The notes beneath the pieces are model-generated. The model had not been told where the DNA came from. It searched no databases and saw only the letters and a list, made by a program, of their open reading frames with translations. From a virus (Duplodnaviria > Heunggongvirae > Uroviricota > Caudoviricetes), in IMG/VR virus record IMGVR_UViG_3300044825_003843, positions 64,001-108,092 of that record: a stretch of 44,092 nt of DNA; one strand, written 5' to 3'. The translations under genes and the position numbers were made by a program. Shown piece by piece: positions 1 through 9,600 of this stretch. How positions within the stretch are numbered: position 1 is the first letter of the stretch; every line of letters starts with the position of its first letter.

Positions 1-62
1 GTTTGGTAACTTTTTCTCAGATTTTCAAAAGTTTCGGGGGTGAAGGTAATTGTATTGTTCAT
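1..62 (-). CDS. Hypothetical protein, 3'-partial (runs off the left edge; begins MNNTITFTPETFENLRKSYQ)
   Basis: ATG at 62 on the minus strand, 29 nt after the primase stop, preceded by A-rich TTCAAA; frame stays open to the window edge. Only 20 codons are visible. Confidence 0.4.
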   Translation of the reverse strand, partial: MNNTITFTPETFENLRKSYQ

Positions 63-91
63 TTTGAATGATTTATGCTAAGATACGTAAA

Positions 92-1021
92 TTATTTGAT
101 TTCGAAAAAATAATCTTTTATTTCCCCCCTCAAATCACAGACATCCTTGTCTTTAGGTAATTTCACTATTTTAATCCTATTATATAACTCACCTCCATTT
201 AATTCATGGTAAATCTTTAATCCATCCTGCCACGCATCACCGTCGGTACAGATGATTATATCAGATTTGGCTTTATTGTATAATGTCTCGAACAATAACG
301 AACTTATCTTCTTTCCTAACATCGGGATGGAATTCTCCAAGAAAAAACCATCAAAAACACCTTCTACTAAAAAAATGTCTTTTTCCCAATCTATAAGATG
401 TTCATTGAATATTATCTTGTCTTTTTCTGCTGTAGGGTTTTTGTATTTCATTTTTCTTGGTGTCCAAGCGCGGGCAATGAAATAGTTTAATTCATCATTA
501 CTGTTGAATGATGGTACAATGATTCTGTATGCAAAGTTTCCCTGAACTGTATACCCTATCTTATACTTTTCAATTATTTCATCAGTGATACCTCTTGATT
601 TCAGGTACCTCATTGCCTCGATGTGTGGTATGAACCTTGAGTTAGATTCTGCAAAAGTCATGAATCCCTCAGGAAGTCTTAGTTTCGGTATCTTCTTGTC
701 TAATTGTTTTTGTTCTTCAGGTTTGATTAGATTATAAACCTTTTTTTGTTTTTTGGTTCCAAACTGGTCGAATAATTTCCCTAATGGTCCTTGGGTACCG
801 TCAGTGTCGGCACAAGCCCAACATTTATAAACATGTCTAAAATAATTGATTTCTAAGTTACCCTTTCCGTCACCTTTTTCTAAACCCTTTTCTCTAGCAC
901 AAACAGGACAGTCGAAAGATATTTGACCTTTCGACTCATAGTGTTGTTTATCATTACCCAAAACATCTCTGAGCAACTCAACTAAAACCTCAACTTCCTC
1001 AGAAACATTCCTTAAATCCAT
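92..1021 (-). CDS. Phage DNA primase (Zn-binding domain + Toprim, DnaG-like)
   Basis: CPVC...CWAC zinc ligands, YL..RGI....I....IGY, RIIVP, KYKNP, Toprim LVEG.FD and DGD motifs. Confidence 0.9.
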   Translation of the reverse strand: MDLRNVSEEVEVLVELLRDVLGNDKQHYESKGQISFDCPVCAREKGLEKGDGKGNLEINYFRHVYKCWACADTDGTQGPLGKLFDQFGTKKQKKVYNLIKPEEQKQLDKKIPKLRLPEGFMTFAESNSRFIPHIEAMRYLKSRGITDEIIEKYKIGYTVQGNFAYRIIVPSFNSNDELNYFIARAWTPRKMKYKNPTAEKDKIIFNEHLIDWEKDIFLVEGVFDGFFLENSIPMLGKKISSLLFETLYNKAKSDIIICTDGDAWQDGLKIYHELNGGELYNRIKIVKLPKDKDVCDLRGEIKDYFFEIK

Positions 1022-1419
1022 TCAACTTGTTTGATTTTTAAATTATTACCCGCTTCAACACCAAATGTAAGAAGAAATTCGTTAACATCATTTAAAATGT
1101 ATCTTCTAATTAGCCTATTAACTTTGATTTTGGAAACTTCCGACTCTTTCAATATTTCTGAACCGTACCAATCTTCTCTAGAGCCCCACTTAGCTAAAAG
1201 TTTCCCTTTTAACACCAAGTCAATTTCATAATAACTCTGAGAAAATTTGGAATAGGGTCGATATTTCCTTATTCTCTTGATTGAGAAGTTTCCATCCAAA
1301 CACTTTTTCTTCGAAACAAAAGGGGAGTTTCTACTTCCATCCAAGATTTCTAAGTCTTTCCCGTATTTTTTAACCAAACGGTTTACGTAAACTGTCTCAG
1401 CGTCTTTTATTAAGTCCAT
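1012..1419 (-). CDS. Hypothetical protein (135 aa, Lys-rich)
   Basis: Clean ORF filling the space between the resolvase and the primase, with a 10-nt overlap with the primase start; no motif recognised. Confidence 0.75.
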   Translation of the reverse strand: MDLIKDAETVYVNRLVKKYGKDLEILDGSRNSPFVSKKKCLDGNFSIKRIRKYRPYSKFSQSYYEIDLVLKGKLLAKWGSREDWYGSEILKESEVSKIKVNRLIRRYILNDVNEFLLTFGVEAGNNLKIKQVEWI

Positions 1420-1423
1420 GAGA

Positions 1424-1455
1424 CAAAGATAAGGAGAATTTGACTTTCTACCAAA
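1424..1455 (-). promoter_or_regulatory. Bacteroidota-type housekeeping sigma promoter (-33 TTTG / -7 TAnnTTTG)
   Basis: Minus strand reads TTTG (1455-1452), a 20-nt spacer, then TATCTTTG (1431-1424), 4 nt before the ATG at 1419. This matches the known Bacteroides/Flavobacterium consensus and spacing. Confidence 0.7.
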
Positions 1456-2050
1456 TTTTTTCCATTTTCATATATCCTAAAACTGCAGTATATGCGTCAG
1501 ATTGGTCGTAATTTTCTTTCTTAAGTGTATTATTTTTTGTATATAACCACGTTATTTGGGGTTCCCTTTTTGCAACTTGTTCCCAAATTATGACTTTTTT
1601 GTCAATATCTTTGTTGAATCCTCCAAAAAGAACAAACTTCCCTTTAAGGTTCTGTTCAACCAAAAAAGGAAATGCAAATTTCCTTGCATTGTAAGTTGAA
1701 ATAAATTCAGGTACTATACCTAAAACATCATAAACTTCTTTACATACTAAAGTATTATACCTGATAAGGGTTCCAACAGTATAAACATTGTTGGAGTTCA
1801 AAAGTGGTTCTTCGATGACAACTTTTTGTACATTCAAACCCACGTAAGACATAAGTTTTTCTCGAGTGACTTCACTTTTTTTCATCAACTCAAGCATTTT
1901 GTTTTCACCTTCAATTTTTGGTTTCGGTGAAATGTGTGTCAATTCTAATAACTGTTTGCTTCCAATATCAAATAAAGCAACTCCAATTGTTTTTGTTGAA
2001 ATATCCAATCCCAATACTTTGGGTGAATCTTTTGAAATATTTTTCTTCAT
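1448..2050 (-). CDS. RuvC-like Holliday junction resolvase
   Basis: LGLDISTKTIGVA (first catalytic Asp), VVIEEP, and C-terminal D.SDAY.A acidic motifs of the RNase H/RuvC fold. Confidence 0.8.
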   Translation of the reverse strand: MKKNISKDSPKVLGLDISTKTIGVALFDIGSKQLLELTHISPKPKIEGENKMLELMKKSEVTREKLMSYVGLNVQKVVIEEPLLNSNNVYTVGTLIRYNTLVCKEVYDVLGIVPEFISTYNARKFAFPFLVEQNLKGKFVLFGGFNKDIDKKVIIWEQVAKREPQITWLYTKNNTLKKENYDQSDAYTAVLGYMKMEKIW

Positions 2051-2051
2051 A

Positions 2052-4211
2052 TTAGAAATCTAATTTCACTACAAACTGTTGTATCCCTTGTCTTAACTGA
2101 GGGGATTGTAGCTTAGATATAACAATAAGGTCTAAGTTGGAATCGTAAAGTCCTATTTCAGTAACATAAGAAGTTGTTCCTGAAGTCCATGTAGGATTGG
2201 AAGTGTTAGTGAACTGATTACGCCCTAAATTTACCAAATACTTCATCTCATAAATTGTTGCCGAGATGTCAGTTTCGAAAGCTCCGTAAAAATAATATTC
2301 ATCACCAAAATTTAAAATTTCAGGACTACCGTTAGGAACCAATGAAATATAATTTGATAGATTATATAAAGTTGCCGAAGCAAAATTATTGTCATCAATA
2401 ATGAAAGTTGTACCTGTCATTGCCGATTGTGCAATTAATCCACCTGATACAACATCACTACTAAAATCTATAGAGTACCATTGTGTTGGACTTGGTCTCG
2501 TGTCTCCTGAAACTTTTTGGACTAATACTTTGAATCCTGTTGCAGTAAAACCTGAAAGTGGTGTGGTATTCAAGAATGGAAATTCTGAACCAAACTTAAT
2601 TGCAACATTCTGTGAGTTATCCGTACATCCTGTTGAAGGTCCTCTAACTACAGAATAGTAATTACAGTGCATTGAGTTTGTCCACCCTGTAGACTCGAAC
2701 AAGTATGTCACCCAAAGTCTTTCTACATCATTATCTAAAAGACCTTGAGAATTAATATTATTCGAAGAACAAACGTTTGGAGCTACTGTTGCAACTTGTG
2801 GGGCTGGAAGTGTCCAGTTTCTGTTTGATTTGTAAGACATTGCCGCAATTACCTCTTCATCGTCAATTACAATTATTTGTTGGTCAGGGAAAACTTTACC
2901 TATTCTATTCAAATTATTGTTTGCATCAGGGTTCAAATCATAAAGATGATAATACCTAATACCAGGGTCATTCATGTTAGAATTGACACTTGATTTAATA
3001 TAATATGGTGTACATAAGTCGTAACCCGGTGGGTCAATCATAAATGTCTGTCCTATAGTCGTTCCGGTCGTTTTGTGCCATAGTAATGTCGGTATTGATA
3101 GTTTGAGGTGTCTAGCTAATCCAATTGTATCTATGGGGTTCTGAGGGTCAAATGGCTGTGTTGAAAACTTTTCACCATACACAAAATCAATATCCTGATT
3201 TGTGTAATGTATAATCGCAATACATTTTTGGTCTTGTGGTCTAACCACTATCTTTTCATCTAAAGAGTTGTAATAGAAAGTTTGACTTGTATCAGTTTGT
3301 CCACTTGATTGTTGGTAACCCAAATATTCTTTAGTTCCAATATATGATACTGACCCAAATTTTGTATAATCTTCATAAGTGTTACTAAATAATCCAGCAG
3401 GACTTTCAGACCATGGAATATTCATATTCCAAACAGGCGTATTTTCTCTCGCACTTACGTCACATGGTGATTCAAAATTTAAAGTATCGGTTTCCCAAAA
3501 AGGAGCTGGTGTTACAAAATCGTAGAGCACTGTCATACCTGAAGGATATATCGCAACCCTTCCATATTGTCCTGATGAAGCAATTCCTACATAATCAGGT
3601 GTCGGTCTATCAACAGTGATTGTTGGTAAATTTACTGATTGTATTTTATATGTTAAAACAGGAACTGTATTAACGTCTTGGCAGCTTCCCACCCCATCCA
3701 AAAATATTGTTATTAAATCACCGACAGCTGGAGTTCCAGTTGTTGGTGCACATGTGTCAGAAATCAACGTAATTGTTGTAGTTCCTGTAAGACCTACAAG
3801 TTCTACCCAATAATTTGAAGTAATTGTAATTGCTGAAGAAGTTATAATTGTCCAAGGACTAGTATTTCCACTGAAAAAACCTTTCGAGGTTGCACTATTA
3901 TATACTTCTTCTATATTACTATCTTGAAAAGGAATTCCGTAAGTACCACCTTGGTTTCCTGTAACGTAATATGGATATTTAATATTCTGTTTGTTTGACT
4001 GAGGTGAACCTGAGTCATTTTGAGCATTAAATGCTGGCATTAGAATATTATTATTTGTAAGGTTGTAGTTAGGTACCGCATTGTATGCAACTTCACTATC
4101 TCCAACTTGAAAATAAGAAATATTGAAGTTACCTTGAGATAATTTTCTCCTTCCAACGTCAGTCAACCTGGTGTTGATAAGTCCTGCGGTATTTTTGATT
4201 ATATATGCCAT
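2052..4211 (-). CDS. Putative baseplate / tail-collar-fibre-like structural protein (719 aa)
   Basis: N-terminal LTDVGRRKLSQG..ISYFQVGDSE and C-terminal VTEIGLYD...LIVISKL resemble the two halves of the phage tail-collar fibre (DUF3751-like) domain; located at the end of the structural gene run. Confidence 0.6.
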   Translation of the reverse strand: MAYIIKNTAGLINTRLTDVGRRKLSQGNFNISYFQVGDSEVAYNAVPNYNLTNNNILMPAFNAQNDSGSPQSNKQNIKYPYYVTGNQGGTYGIPFQDSNIEEVYNSATSKGFFSGNTSPWTIITSSAITITSNYWVELVGLTGTTTITLISDTCAPTTGTPAVGDLITIFLDGVGSCQDVNTVPVLTYKIQSVNLPTITVDRPTPDYVGIASSGQYGRVAIYPSGMTVLYDFVTPAPFWETDTLNFESPCDVSARENTPVWNMNIPWSESPAGLFSNTYEDYTKFGSVSYIGTKEYLGYQQSSGQTDTSQTFYYNSLDEKIVVRPQDQKCIAIIHYTNQDIDFVYGEKFSTQPFDPQNPIDTIGLARHLKLSIPTLLWHKTTGTTIGQTFMIDPPGYDLCTPYYIKSSVNSNMNDPGIRYYHLYDLNPDANNNLNRIGKVFPDQQIIVIDDEEVIAAMSYKSNRNWTLPAPQVATVAPNVCSSNNINSQGLLDNDVERLWVTYLFESTGWTNSMHCNYYSVVRGPSTGCTDNSQNVAIKFGSEFPFLNTTPLSGFTATGFKVLVQKVSGDTRPSPTQWYSIDFSSDVVSGGLIAQSAMTGTTFIIDDNNFASATLYNLSNYISLVPNGSPEILNFGDEYYFYGAFETDISATIYEMKYLVNLGRNQFTNTSNPTWTSGTTSYVTEIGLYDSNLDLIVISKLQSPQLRQGIQQFVVKLDF

Positions 4212-4216
4212 TTCAA

Positions 4217-4223
4217 ATAAATA
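4217..4223 (-). promoter_or_regulatory. TATTTAT motif, putative phage late promoter
   Basis: GATATTTAT on the coding strand, 5 nt before the ATG at 4211; the same motif precedes five other genes. Confidence 0.5.
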
Positions 4224-4237
4224 TCTTTTTTTACATT

Positions 4238-6640
4238 TTAACAGAAGACTTGTGAACCACCAGGACTCAATACTGCCCCTGTTACTTGTCCTGTGCTTGG
4301 ATTAACATAATATAATCCTGTTTGATACGAACAATAACTGTATCCGAGTAAAGGTGATGGTGAAGTTGGATTGCCTCCAAAAATAGTAACTCCTACTCCG
4401 AATGATGGTGCATTTATAATTCTTAATGGTGAAGAAGTTTCATCAATACATGCTAAGGATGTTGTTTCACCAACACCTAAAACTACTTGACTATAGTTTT
4501 GTGTTGCACCCCCATCTCCGAAGCTTATCGAATGTTGTAATCCACCAGACGAAGTACTATTAGTATTAACCGTACAACACTGACATCCGTTGACAACTCC
4601 TTGTAGAGGTAGTACTGATATTTCTTGTTGTAAGTTAGTTACACAACCGTTAGATGCTGAAACTCCTGAAGTTATTGATAGACTTGAGTCACTCACACCA
4701 CTAACCACAGTTCCTGCCGACATTGTAACATTATAAGATTGTAGAATGGTTCTTGTTTGAGTGGTGAATGGTGAACAATTTGGTCTTCCGTTAACCGATG
4801 TATTAGTATTTGTAGAGTTTGGATTAACTAATCCTGACCCAACATATACCTGACTTACCGATGAAGTAACACCTGAACCTGGAGAATTCATAATTTGTAT
4901 TGTTTCAATATTCAATGCGAAACTCAAGGTAGTTCCAACAGGTATCGGTGGAGTAACATTCACCTGCCAAGTTGCTCTACGAAGATTTCTACTTAGATTT
5001 TGTAAGTTAGTATTTGCAATTGAAAGAGAATATGTTGTAGGTGCTCCTGTTTGAGTTATAACTACGCTTCTTTGAATTGTTAATCCTGTTGTATCTTTAA
5101 CAACAACATTATATGTGTTTGGTGAAAGTCCGTTGAAAACACTCGAAGTTGTATATGTCGTACCACCATTTATCGAATATTGATATGGCGGTAATCCTCC
5201 TGAGGTTACCACACTGATGCTTCCATCATTACCACAATCACTATTTTCTGAGTTAATTACCACAGTCATAGGTGTATATGTTGGACAAGTACCTTCCAAT
5301 ACTACAACTTGCGGTATTGGGGTTGTTGTTGCTCCAACGACAGTCCAATTAGAAAGTGGTGGTGTTGAAGTTGTTGTACTTACAACAGTTCCTCCATTTA
5401 CTGAAAGTCCATTTATTTGCCACCTTTGGTTCGAAACGTTCCAAGCCATAGTATATGAACCTGACACCCAAACAGGTCTTGTGTTGACTATTCCGTTGTA
5501 AGTAAATTGTATTGGTGCTAATGCTGGAACCAAACCACTTATCAACACACATAGTGATGAATAAACTGGTTGAGTTGATGGTGTTGGGGTTAATGTCATT
5601 GTTGGCGTTGGTGACGGTGCAATAGCATCAACAGAACAGAATGTGTTAGCTGTATAGTCACCATAGAAGTCAACAACAACAGCTTCGTATGTTCCTTCTT
5701 TCAATCCAGTTCGTGTAGCATTTTTACTATTACTATCTGCCCAATAAATTGAATATGGACTTGTTCCACCTGTAATGTCCAAAGTCAATACACCATCAAA
5801 ACTTGAAGCATTACTTGGTTGAACTAAAGTTCTACAAGTAACTCCCATATCAAATAATGTAAATACAGAACAATTATTCTGTAAAGTTATTACCTGTGTT
5901 GGTGCTGGGGTTCTTGTTGGTGTCAGTGTTGGTGTGGGTGAAGATGTTGTCGTAGGTGTTATTGTTGGTGTTGGACTTAAAGTAGGTGTGATACTTGGGG
6001 TTGGAGTTGGGGTTGGGGTTCCACAACTTGTAGTTGCTACAATACCTGAATTAGTAATACCTAAATTAGGTCTTTGCGGGTTATAAATTATTACAGTACC
6101 AACATCGGTCCCTGAAATAAATGCACCACAACAATCAGTATAATAATGAGAACCAGTTGTTGTACCTGAAACACAAAACAATGTAGTCGTAGTTGGGGTA
6201 ATCGAAGGTGTCGGTGTATTTGATGATGTCACAGTTGGTGTAGCAGTTCGAGTAGGCGTTAATGTTGGTGTTCGAGTTTGGGTATTTGTCGGGGTTAAAG
6301 TGGGTGTTGTAGTAGTTGTGGTTGTTGGCGTAGGTGTTGGTGTTGGAGTTTCAGTTGGTGTTGGGGTTGGACAACAACTTATTGTTGTATTTGAAGCAGT
6401 CGATTGTCCTGCAGCCGGACTATCATTTTTATAGTAGAAAGAACTCGGAGAAGAACTTCCTGTGACACAAATATCACTTGGGTAGGTTCCGGCAACTGTA
6501 TATGACCTATCAAAAGGAATTCCGTTACAATCAACGTAAGATATATAGACGGTATTATTGGGGAACGAGGAGTTACCCGTTGCATCATCCAAGTCCGCTT
6601 GAGCAATTATTACGTCATATAATGTACAGTTACAGGCCAA
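4238..6640 (-). CDS. Putative virion adhesin/fibre protein with Thr-Pro linkers, Cys-rich modules and two SprB-like repeats (800 aa, TTG start)
   Basis: DGVLTLDITGGTSPYSIYW...GLKEGTYEAVVVD and DGSISVVTSGGLPPYQYSINGG...GLSPNTYNVVVKD are SprB-type repeats; TPTPT stalks; TTG start 14 nt after a TATTTAT motif. Confidence 0.75.
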   Translation of the reverse strand: MACNCTLYDVIIAQADLDDATGNSSFPNNTVYISYVDCNGIPFDRSYTVAGTYPSDICVTGSSSPSSFYYKNDSPAAGQSTASNTTISCCPTPTPTETPTPTPTPTTTTTTTPTLTPTNTQTRTPTLTPTRTATPTVTSSNTPTPSITPTTTTLFCVSGTTTGSHYYTDCCGAFISGTDVGTVIIYNPQRPNLGITNSGIVATTSCGTPTPTPTPSITPTLSPTPTITPTTTSSPTPTLTPTRTPAPTQVITLQNNCSVFTLFDMGVTCRTLVQPSNASSFDGVLTLDITGGTSPYSIYWADSNSKNATRTGLKEGTYEAVVVDFYGDYTANTFCSVDAIAPSPTPTMTLTPTPSTQPVYSSLCVLISGLVPALAPIQFTYNGIVNTRPVWVSGSYTMAWNVSNQRWQINGLSVNGGTVVSTTTSTPPLSNWTVVGATTTPIPQVVVLEGTCPTYTPMTVVINSENSDCGNDGSISVVTSGGLPPYQYSINGGTTYTTSSVFNGLSPNTYNVVVKDTTGLTIQRSVVITQTGAPTTYSLSIANTNLQNLSRNLRRATWQVNVTPPIPVGTTLSFALNIETIQIMNSPGSGVTSSVSQVYVGSGLVNPNSTNTNTSVNGRPNCSPFTTQTRTILQSYNVTMSAGTVVSGVSDSSLSITSGVSASNGCVTNLQQEISVLPLQGVVNGCQCCTVNTNSTSSGGLQHSISFGDGGATQNYSQVVLGVGETTSLACIDETSSPLRIINAPSFGVGVTIFGGNPTSPSPLLGYSYCSYQTGLYYVNPSTGQVTGAVLSPGGSQVFC

Positions 6641-6654
6641 TTGTTCTTTTTATA

Positions 6655-6661
6655 ATAAATA
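6655..6661 (-). promoter_or_regulatory. TATTTAT motif, putative phage late promoter
   Basis: CTTGTTATTTAT on the coding strand, 14 nt before the TTG at 6640; the identical 12-mer occurs at 26244-26255. Confidence 0.5.
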
Positions 6662-6695
6662 ACAAGTTTTTCTTTTTTATGAAGTCAAAAGAATA

Positions 6696-9600
6696 TTATA
6701 CACTACAACTATCACCAGGAGCTGACCAAAAACTACCACCTGCTGAAGATGGAAAACCATTAACGATTATGTAAATACTGCCGACACTCCTTGCACACAC
6801 AGGATTACTTGGTGTAACAGTACCCCTATTTAACGTTTGATTAACTCCACTACAATCTACATATTCAAAATAAACACCACTTTCAGAGTTATCTATATCA
6901 GTTTGGTCAGCAGTTGCAATATATTCGAAACATGGAATTGGTGTTGATGATGGAGTTTCAGTCGGAGTTGGTGTTGAAGTTTCTGCCGGAGTTTGACTTG
7001 TTGTAACTGTGACCGTTGGAGTAATCGTTGGGGTTGTTGTAATTGTTGGTGTAGGAGTTTGTGATGGACAAGTAGAACAATTTGTCACTGCCAAAACTTG
7101 ACCATTAGTACCAATTTGTATTGAGTATTCAGTCGGAGCACCCCAAGTTGTTTTAAACCATTGACTATTTCCGTTGAACAAGGTTGTAAGGTTGATATCT
7201 TGATAAACAATGTCATTAACTGTTGGCGTAGAGTCTGTTGGATTGACATATCTAGTTTGTGAGTAAGTTGTCAATCTACAAGCCACACAATCATCGTTTT
7301 GTGGTGTTGATAATTGAATTGCTGAACCCAATGGAGTTGTTGTAGGTGTTATTGTTGGAGTAACAGTATTAGTTGGTGTTATTGTTGGTGTAGTTGTAAC
7401 AGTAGGTGTTGGAGTCAAAGAAGGTATTGTACTACAATCAACAACATCAGATATCAATCCTCCAGTACCAATTCTAACTGCCCATGATGAACCACCTCTA
7501 AACATTTTATGATACTGTTCTCCACCATCGTAGAATGTTGTAAGTGTCGATTCATTGTAAACATAAATTCCAGTCTGTGGTGTTGTATATGTTGGGGGCA
7601 AATATTTCACAGTTCCACCAAGAACACCATTTCTACAAGCATTTTCTGCCGTAGTGAAGTTGGTTGGGTCTAAATTATATTGAATTCCTGGACTTGTTGG
7701 TGTAGGTGTTGTTGTAGGTGTCGCAGTATTAGTTGAAGTGATTGTAGGTGTTGTTGTTGGAGTTATTGTATTTGTCGGTGTTAATGAATTGGTAGGAGTT
7801 ATCGAAGGTGTTGCTGTTCTTGTAGGTGTTGCAGTGACCGTAGGTGTTGGAGTTGTAGTGACTGTAGGTGTAGGAGTTAGTGAAGGTATTGTACTGCAAT
7901 CAACCACATCAGATATTAATCCTCCTGTACCAATTCTAACCGCCCAAGATGAAGCACCTCTGAACATTTTATGATACTGGTCTCCACCATCATAAGTTGC
8001 CGTCAGGTTTGAATCATTATAAACAATAATTCCGGTCTGTGGTGTTGTGTATGTAGGTGGTAGGTATTTCACGGTTCCACCAAGAACTCCATTTCTACAA
8101 GCATTTTCAGCTGTTGTGAAGTTAGTTGGGTCTAAATTATATTGAATTGCCGGACTTGTTGGTGTAGGTGTCACTGTTGGTGTTCTTGTAATTGTTGGGG
8201 TCACAGTTCTTGTTATAGTTGGAGTTACTGTATTGGTAGGTGTGATACTATTTGTCGGTGTAGATGTTATTGCCGGTGTATTTGTAGGGGTTGGAGTTGC
8301 AGTCACGGTAGGAGTAGGAGTTACACTTGGACAAGTTGAACAATCTTTAACCGCCAATACGACTCCTGATGCACTTATCTGAATAGAATATTGTGTTGCA
8401 TTTGGACTCCACGAAGTTTTGAACCATTGACTTGCACCATTGAATACGTTTGTCAAAGTAGAGTTAGTGTAAACAACATCATTCACTGATGGTGTGGTAT
8501 CAACAGGACTAACATAACCAACAGTACTATACGTCGTCAATCTACATGCAACGCACTCATCATTCTGAGCTGTAGCTAATTGGATTTGAGTTCCAGGTGA
8601 AGTCACTGAAGGCGTAGGTGTCCCTGTCCTTGTTGGTGTTGAAGTATTTGTTGGCGTAACAGGAGGTGTTGCAGTCCTAGTTGGTGTTATACTCGGAGTC
8701 ACTGTTGGTGTAGATGTTATTGTTGGTGTTTGAGTAGGAGTTGATGTTGGCCTCACGCAAGAAGTAAATGTTCCTGCACTATACAATGTTTTATTTATCG
8801 GATTTTGTGATGTATAACCGGTGATTGAAACACTTGTTATTTGTCCGTTATAAGCTTCAGGTAGTTCTAATAGTTTAGATGATTCTGAGCCTTGTATTGA
8901 TATTGTGTAAGAACTATCGAAAGTTGAAGCGGTATAAATCGCAGCAACAAATTGAACCCCGTATCCACTGTTTGTTGTATCTCCCGATATTGTTTTTATT
9001 ATGAAATTTATACCTGAACCAGTGAGTGTACAAACTTGTTCTTGGTCTATTAATAAAGTATTTGACCTAAAGTAGAAAAAACTCTCCTCTAAGGTTAAAA
9101 TTTCATTGTAGTAGAAAGATTCTGCTTCTTCGTAGGTAGTAGCAATTCCATTATTAGTTGTATAAGTATAAAAAGTATCTGCAGAAACGGGTGTTCTAAC
9201 AAAACCTCTTTTAATTTCTGAGCTATTATAAAATTGTGAAGTTCCCCACTTTTTAGGGACAAGAATCGATTCCTCAGGTTGTGCAGAACTTGTATACCAT
9301 CCACTCGTGAAGTCTTTTTGAGTTTGTATTACATTTTTAGTTCCACCTGTTAATGTTGATGTTACTGTTGTGCTGGCGGAAGAGGTCATTATGAAGATAT
9401 CTTCAACTGTCCCTGATAAGACGAGAGCAAATTCTCTATAGTTTGTTTCAGTTTCATATGCATAATATCCGCTCAGAACTTGACTAAATCCATCAGAGTC
9501 CAAATATATCTTTTTACCAATTGTTAAACCTGATAAATTTGTATTATCGTAAAAACATGTTACCTCTCTCGGTAAATCTTCAATCTTTATTTCGTGGGAA

